DNA of 64,000 nucleotides from Craspedostauros australis (taxonomy: Eukaryota). Position numbers and translations under genes: made by a program. Every line of letters starts with the position of its first letter. The stretch's first letter is position 1. Shown piece by piece: positions 57,501 to 64,000 of the stretch. The notes beneath the pieces were generated by a model that made no database searches, was not told the DNA's origin, and worked only from the letters and a program-made list of their open reading frames with translations. The DNA is taken from positions 1 through 64,000 of the forward strand of contig JALAGF010004003.1 in NCBI GenBank assembly GCA_030167865.1. The letters are read 5' to 3'.

Positions 57501-60500
57501 CTACTGCTTGGCAGCAAGGTCATTCTGCAGCTCTTCCGGAATGATCATCTCCGGCGGTTCCAAGTCTTCGGGAACACCAGCGACATTCGTCCACGTGCAA
57601 TTCTTGGCGATTTCATGTTTCTGGTAATGCCGCACGGAACACTTGGAATCGTAGCTCAGCAGTTGCCCGAAGGATCCGTACCCACCGTTCGAGTACGTCA
57701 CGCATCGGCTGTTCCCCAGCATGTACAGATCGATGAAGGTGTCATCGTACTCGGACGGCTCGCGTTCGGCCCACTCTTTGTCCTTGTCGAAGTGCAACGG
57801 ATCATCATTGAAATCCAACGACGCCACGCCGATGGATCGTTGCTTGCCATATTCTTGCGCGACGTCGACGGCAAACTTGATATCACCCGCGAAGTAAACT
57901 GGACCGCCGTGGTACAGTTCCGAGGCACAGTTGATGGCGTTCACCGTCAGATGGATCGTCTCGTTGGCAGGACGGAATTTGCGGCCTCCGTACATGACGC
58001 GGAAATGCGCGGCAGCGTACTTGCCCGGCCGCAACCCGTACGTCTCCATATTCGCATCGATCTTGCGTTGCAATCGTTCGGATGGCTCAAAGAAGTAACG
58101 GAATAGCTGATGAAAGACGGACTCGAAGGTAGAATCGACCTCGTCCTGCGCGTTGTAGTAGTCTTCCCCTCCACCGGGAGTTTGGATGCGTGTTCGGATC
58201 GTCAGCTGCTGTGTGTGATACTTCAATCGATGCACTGTGATCGTGATGCTCTTGTCATACAGCTGCTTCTCATTCACGTGAGGCTGCAGCCACTCTGGAA
58301 CACTCCAATCCACGCCACCCTTGGGAGGGACCAGAAATTCCTCCAGACCGCACGGCCTCGTCCACCAGATAAGCAGCAGCCGTTTGGACCGGTGCGCGAG
58401 CAACACCAGCAGCGGCAATGGTTTCAGACGATCGGATACCCCGCCGCAGGCGTGCTGATTCGTTTGGCATTCCAAGATGAGATACTTGGTAGAATTCCAA
58501 TCCCTCGTTTCATCCAGCCGTCGACGTTCCTCCTTGTGCCACGACAGGTACTCTTGCATCCACTGCGGCAACTTGTCCTTCGGTAAACCTTCCTCGACGA
58601 GACGCCGATTCTCGTCACCGACAAAGCTTACGGCTGCATCATCCGTATGATCGCGTGGTGGATCATCTTGCTGCTGTGCCGCTGTTACGATATGTGGCGC
58701 TGCAACGATCTTGGCTACCTGCGGTTTCCACGTCAATGCCGGCACCTGCGGTGGCATGGCATCCACGAAGAGCGGTGCGCCTGTCGGTTTGGGCGCTTTT
58801 GCATCCCTGTCGAACGTCCAATCACACTTGACGGCGTAGCCATGCATCGTCGTCTTTTGGTTGATCGAACAGGACGAGTCATAACCAATCAGCAACCCCC
58901 ACGTGCCGTACCCGCCACGGTTGTAGCTGACGCATCTGCCGTATCCCATCATGTACAAATCGATGAAAGTGTCGTAAAAGACTGCGGGATCGCGGATGCG
59001 CCCAGCCTCCTTGTCCAGATGCAGCGGTTGCTTGTCGCGATGCCGCACAACGACCTTGATCGAATTCTGGAATGCCAACCGCGATGCCGATAGAATGGCG
59101 TGATTGTGATCCGACGTGAAGTAGATGGGACCGTTGGGACGCAGCACCGTGGCGCACCGCAAGGCATTGTGCGTCCAATCCTGCACGGTCAACTCGTCTC
59201 TCGTATCCATCTTGTTGTATCCGTACAGTGCTCTCAAATGCGACGCGGAATACTCACCAGGGACGAGATGGGATGTCTTAAATAAGCGTTGGACGCCATC
59301 CACGATGGGTTTGGACGGCGTGAAGAATATCCTCCAGATATCATGGTAGATCTGCTCGAATGTGTACGTATCCGTGGCCTTGGTCTTGTTGTTGTAGTGA
59401 TCAGCACCTCCCGTCTGAGACTGCAGCCGCGTCCGCAGGATGAAATTGATGATGGGATCTGCTTTCTCGATGAATATCAACTTTCGCATCTTGTCGCCTT
59501 CTGTTTTGTTTTGAATCTGCAACACACACAGAGAGAGAGAGAGATAGAGAGATCGACGCAAAGATGAAAGACGGGTGTGGTCAGAGATACATTTCACCAT
59601 TGTGCATGCTGTTCATTGCTGTTGGCGTTGCGTTGGCGTTGACATTGACACGGATGACACCGATTCACTCGTTCATTAGCATCGACGTGCAGCACGCAGA
59701 CACGCATTTAGAGTAATGACATATCACACCACAAACACAATCATCCAACAAACACAACTCACAATCGGTTCCAACACCGGCGGCAATCGCCAATCTATCC
59801 CACCTTGCGGCGGCAACAAGAAATCTTCCAAATGAGCAGGCAACGTCCAATAGATGAAGAGCAGCCGCTCCTGTTCCTGCGCAATCCTCGTGAGCGTTGG
59901 GAATGACTTCAACCGATCCGCCGTCCCGCCACAGTGATTGTCCTGTCCGTCAATGCATTGCACGATGAGGTAGCTGTGCTGATCCCAGTTTTCGGATGTC
60001 AACCGCGCCCTCGTCTTGCGGTGCCATTCGAAGTATTCTGTTCGTTGCGTATGTTCGTTGATGTATCGCATTGGACAAAGAACGTTTTGCATGTTGCGAT
60101 GGTGCGCGAAAACGAAATCATGATGGATTGTCGTGAGGTTGATGCATGATCTGTCGAGTTTGGAGCTTGTGCAGTGGATCTCCCATCCACGCAATCAACG
60201 CCACTAGAGCATTCCAATATTCGCACCGAGTACTTGGACGATGATACTGGATCAAACTGGACACTGCCATCGCCTACCTTTCATCCACTGCGGAATGTAA
60301 TTGGATATCTTCCACAGATCACCGCGGTACGGTCGCTTGTGCTGCACGTAGTACTCGTCGAGAACCTCCTGCAGCAACGGTGGCATATGTGCGCTGCGTC
60401 GTTGCAACCTTGGTTTCTGCCAATGCTTTTCTTCCGGTTCCTGATGCTCCATGTCTTCAGCAGCATCTTCGTGATCTTCATCGTTCGAATCGTGCTGTTG

Positions 60501-60716
60501 CTTCGCCGGCACATCCTTCGCATGCCTTTGTGCATCGCCTTTGTATTGGGCCAGCGCCTGCAACCGAACATCCACATGCTGCGTGTCATTCGGGCTGTGC
60601 ATGCATATCTGTAGGAACAGCAGTATGAAGTAGACGACCGCGAGGCAGGCCAGAAGCGATCGAGGATTGATGGACTTCTGGAATGACCTTGCTCTCGTCG
60701 GTCTCCTCACAATCAT
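57501..60716 (-). CDS. Type II membrane glycosyltransferase with two tandem fucosyltransferase-like (GT-B) domains (~909 aa); exons 60278-60716, 59763-60037, 57501-59516
   Basis: N-terminal TM. Duplicated blocks PQWM.EY..WH, CGG..DRLK, L..FL.PP.GG.DW, HLR/HFR, PLH.DK, YDTFIDLYM.G..RCV.Y..GGYG. Both introns join in frame. Confidence 0.75.
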
Positions 60717-60861
60717 CGTGCTTGTGCGTGTGCCTTGTGAGGGAAGTCGTCCTTCGATCGTTCGATTGCTCGATTGTGCGAATGAGGTTCTGGAAGGGTG
60801 GCACACAGATCTCTTGCCCTCTTCTCCAATACTTGTACAATAATAATGGTGCAAACCATGT

Positions 60862-60863
<2 letters not shown>

Positions 60864-60902
<39 letters not shown>
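60864..60902. repeat. (GA)n dinucleotide microsatellite
   Basis: About 19 GA units in the divergent intergenic region. Confidence 0.95.
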
Positions 60903-60907
<5 letters not shown>

Positions 60908-61307
60908 AGCCCACGACGGCGAGGGATTGGTCATCATCATGGTCGTCAACTCACATTTTCGCCAAATTTCTTGATTCCGATGACCCGTTTCTGAAATGGA
61001 TACATGATTGACTCGTGACTCACAACCACGCTGACGAACCCGCAGAACTTGCCACCAGTTCAGACACCAAAAATCACACCGAGAGAAGTACCGCCCAACA
61101 CGAAGCACAACGCACAAAGAGGAACCCACCAAGAAAGACAAGATCGTCCAAGCCGTTCTCCGTTGCCACCATTGCCATCGAATGAATCGCGAGAGCATCC
61201 AGACAACACCATCCTCCTCTGCGAATAATCGTGATCGAAAATCCATCATACGCGGTCATACTGGATCATATTAGAGTAGTGGGTCGGCACAGTGCAGGCA
61301 AGACGAG

Positions 61308-63047
61308 ATGAATCCACCCACAACAAAGCAGTCACTGCCCCATTTCCGTCCTCGCTCTCCACCATCCACGCCAGCTGAATCCGTCTCTTCCGCCATGTCG
61401 GTGGCAATTGGGAGGACCGCCACGGCAACACCGTCATCGTCGACGCCAGCGACGTCCCACACCATGGGGAAAACGCCCATCCAGAATCCATACCGCAAGA
61501 GGCCGTTGTCGCAGATGCAATCGCAAGCTACTCACAGCCAGCAACAGCAACAGCAGCAGAAAGTGACCCAAGTAGGCTCTGCAAAGCGTTCCTTGATTCC
61601 AGCCATGCAACCCAACATCCAATCTTTCTTGCATCCAAGAAGGAGAAGCACCGCCAGCAACAGCAATCGCAACAGCAACAGCAACAGCAATGGCCTGGCG
61701 AAGTTGAGTCAATCGCATGCTTCCTCTCAAAGATCCATCACGACGACGACACCACACTCCCAACTGACGCCGTCCACGACCACCGCGCTGTCGCCACCAA
61801 CGCCATTGTCAGCCTCCACATCGCAAACTCGTCGAACACCAAGATCTGCCATGCAGAATCCATATGCCTCAAAGCGCAGAACGAATACGCAAGCACAGTC
61901 GTCACATTCCAGCCACAAGCCTGCCTCTCAGCTCAGTTTCACGCAAAACAGCCAGCGTTCGCACCAATCAACCACCAGGACATCTCAGCATCGAATGAAC
62001 TTGTCCCAAGCCAGTCCGAGCCGATCTCAATCAGTTCGCAGTGGAATTGTATCCAATCACCCACGACCTGTCGCATCTGCGGAGGAAAAGCAGGCGTCGG
62101 TGCAACCAACCTGTGGTGAAGAATCTCTGTACCAGCTCCCATCGCAGAATCTGTCCTTTGGATCGGCCGAAATTCTCACCATGGCGGAGTACTTTGAACA
62201 TGCCGAGCTGTACGTTGGCAAGGCAGTGCGCATATCCGGCAAGCTGCATTCGAGGCAATCCAGACCAGGTGGCGGCGAAGATCGCAACATCGTTGTCGAA
62301 TTCATGCTATCTGATCCGTTCGAAACGATGCGGCAGCAACAGAATGGATTGCGTGGACACACTTCGCACTCAACCACGTCACACCAAGGTGGTAGTGGAA
62401 GCGCAATGCAGTCGTTGACACCAGATACACCAGCTCCTCAAGCAGCGCCAAAAACACCAGCCGCATCATTTCCGAAACGACGCGCCTTCCGTTCACCAAT
62501 GGCATCGTCATCCAGTCCGTTGCGTACTCCAATGGCCGGATTGAGGAGGCCACATTCATCGTCACGTCTTGGCCAACCAACTGGGTCGCTGCTGCGATCA
62601 CGCCCAAGGTCCGGTGGCGGACTGCAAAGACCCACGCGCCGATCGATCGCTCCGATTTCTGCCACAGCTGTGGCATCCCCGCGTCCGCCAACAACACAAC
62701 CAGAACGCGTGGACAAACCGCAGCAACTCGCTCGGGTGCACGTCAATCCGGACCACATTCCAGGCCCGCTTCGCGGCATCTCAACACATGATCTCGTCAT
62801 GATCATTGGCACCGTGCATCGCGCAGATGACGATTCATCGCAAGTCAGCTGCATCCTCAAGGCGCGTATCGTGCGCGATATATCATTGACCAATCTGAGT
62901 CTGCACGAGCATATCCTGAAGCAGCGCAGGAAGTCCGTCCTGCAACAACACCGTCTCAAGCAGCAAATCCAGAAGCGGCTGGGTCAGCCAGCCATGAACA
63001 ATCCAAATATCCCATTGCAAGGTTGCGGCCCTCCGCCGTATCCCTGA
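61308..63047 (+). CDS. Ten1-like (CST complex) OB-fold protein with large disordered N-terminus and insertion
   Basis: GKAVRISGKL ... LVMIIGTV ... ILKARIVRDISLTNLSLHEHILKQRR resembles Ten1 beta-strands and C-terminal helix. Confidence 0.55.
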   Translation: MNPPTTKQSLPHFRPRSPPSTPAESVSSAMSVAIGRTATATPSSSTPATSHTMGKTPIQNPYRKRPLSQMQSQATHSQQQQQQQKVTQVGSAKRSLIPAMQPNIQSFLHPRRRSTASNSNRNSNSNSNGLAKLSQSHASSQRSITTTTPHSQLTPSTTTALSPPTPLSASTSQTRRTPRSAMQNPYASKRRTNTQAQSSHSSHKPASQLSFTQNSQRSHQSTTRTSQHRMNLSQASPSRSQSVRSGIVSNHPRPVASAEEKQASVQPTCGEESLYQLPSQNLSFGSAEILTMAEYFEHAELYVGKAVRISGKLHSRQSRPGGGEDRNIVVEFMLSDPFETMRQQQNGLRGHTSHSTTSHQGGSGSAMQSLTPDTPAPQAAPKTPAASFPKRRAFRSPMASSSSPLRTPMAGLRRPHSSSRLGQPTGSLLRSRPRSGGGLQRPTRRSIAPISATAVASPRPPTTQPERVDKPQQLARVHVNPDHIPGPLRGISTHDLVMIIGTVHRADDDSSQVSCILKARIVRDISLTNLSLHEHILKQRRKSVLQQHRLKQQIQKRLGQPAMNNPNIPLQGCGPPPYP

Positions 63048-63531
63048 TAGAATAGAGTATAGAATCGTAGAATGAATACGAGAGGATGCATGCTGCTAGT
63101 GTGGTAGTGGTTGACATATCGTTATTTGTGAGTATGGTAAAGAGCCAAGAGCACCACCTCCTGCGTTGCGTTGGTTGTGATGATTGACTCTCGATAGCAT
63201 TGGACGTTAATGAAACGTGAAAATGTTGTTTTTCAAAATACGCACGTTTTTTGTTGGCTTTTCGACGCGTCTTGTGTTCGTTGTGGAGGGAGGACATGTC
63301 CACGACTTCGTCTGGTTCGTGTTTGTCAGATCGAGTGAGATGGGGGAACAAGATCTTTAGACGACAACGAGCAACGGCACCAACAATCCCTTGCCATCCG
63401 TCAAATTATTCTTTACGAGTATAATACGACCTATGGTATCATACATGCATACATGCATACATGCACATCCAACCACCAATAATCGTGCCAACACGATCAG
63501 AGGATTAGCAACGTGCAAACACTGTAGAACG

Positions 63532-64000
63532 ATGAATGTCACGTCGCCGTTCGCGACCACGAAATCAAGATCCAGGCTGAAGCCGAGGCAGAGGCGGTGG
63601 AGGAGGGCCAAGACGCAAGGCGTCCTCATCGCATCGATCATCTGCGGCGTCACGCTCCTCCTCCGCCTGCATTCCAGATTGACAGAGCCCACGGGTGAAA
63701 TATTCGGCGTCAACCATCCACGGTTCCTGCAGCGGTACGATCTCAATGGCATCGGTTGGGAGTCTGTGCCTGGCAATGCCGATCCATCCCGTGGTCTCCC
63801 GCGGACAGTCAACCACTACGAGCCGAAGAATGGCGTTGACGAAATGAAATCGAGGATGGTATCCGTGGAGGACGTGTACAAGTACTACTTCGACAATCCC
63901 AGCTCCGTGCATTACATGAATCAGGACAAGCCGATCGTCTTCGTCATCACGCCGACGTACCATCGACCAACGCAGCTCGTGGATCTGCTGCGGATACAGC
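63532..64000 (+). CDS. GT43-family glycosyltransferase (glucuronosyltransferase-like), 5' part, runs off window
   Basis: Not in the ORF track. Reads MNVTSP..., a basic stretch, TM VLIASIICGVTLLL, then PIVFVITPTYHRPTQLVDLLR, which matches the GT43 start motif (ITPTYxRxxQ). Confidence 0.75.
   Translation, partial: MNVTSPFATTKSRSRLKPRQRRWRRAKTQGVLIASIICGVTLLLRLHSRLTEPTGEIFGVNHPRFLQRYDLNGIGWESVPGNADPSRGLPRTVNHYEPKNGVDEMKSRMVSVEDVYKYYFDNPSSVHYMNQDKPIVFVITPTYHRPTQLVDLLRIQ

Noticed and set aside
60957-60969. E2F-like TTTCGCCAAA upstream of the Ten1-like gene
   Set aside because: Imperfect short match. Similar words occur upstream of unrelated genes in the window.
1-64000. Transposons, tRNA or rRNA genes
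   Set aside because: No transposase/RT/integrase motifs, terminal repeats or RNA-gene signatures recognised by eye. Small RNAs could be missed without a covariance-model search.

Overview
Gene-dense eukaryotic nuclear DNA, inferred to be from a diatom. Support: a Psb31 gene, bipartite signal + 'A-F' plastid-targeting peptides, a DUF6824 protein, and GT-AG introns of about 200-530 nt. I can support about 28 protein-coding genes; for seven I reconstructed the splicing by hand. I see no rRNA, tRNA, CRISPR or recognisable transposon. All family assignments come from remembered motifs, not database searches. Main leads: (1) a three-gene thylakoid cluster at 20.7-25.9 kb, made of a lumen-targeted LCIB/theta-carbonic-anhydrase-like protein that appears to have lost its zinc ligands, an unknown single-TM plastid protein, and psb31 head-to-head with it; (2) a head-to-head pair of dissimilar Cys-rich type-I membrane proteins with silicanin-like architecture at 26.7-31.4 kb; (3) a disordered protein of about 1,965 aa with a tandem array of SVRSLRxxFE motifs resembling the ITPKA/F-tractin F-actin-binding motif; (4) two related micro-ORFs sharing a bipartite basic motif on either side of the PIG-T gene; (5) unusual architectures, including an NCS2/AzgA permease with half a PH domain, a split Ten1-like OB fold, a mitochondrion-targeted YtoQ, and a lumen-type methyltransferase.
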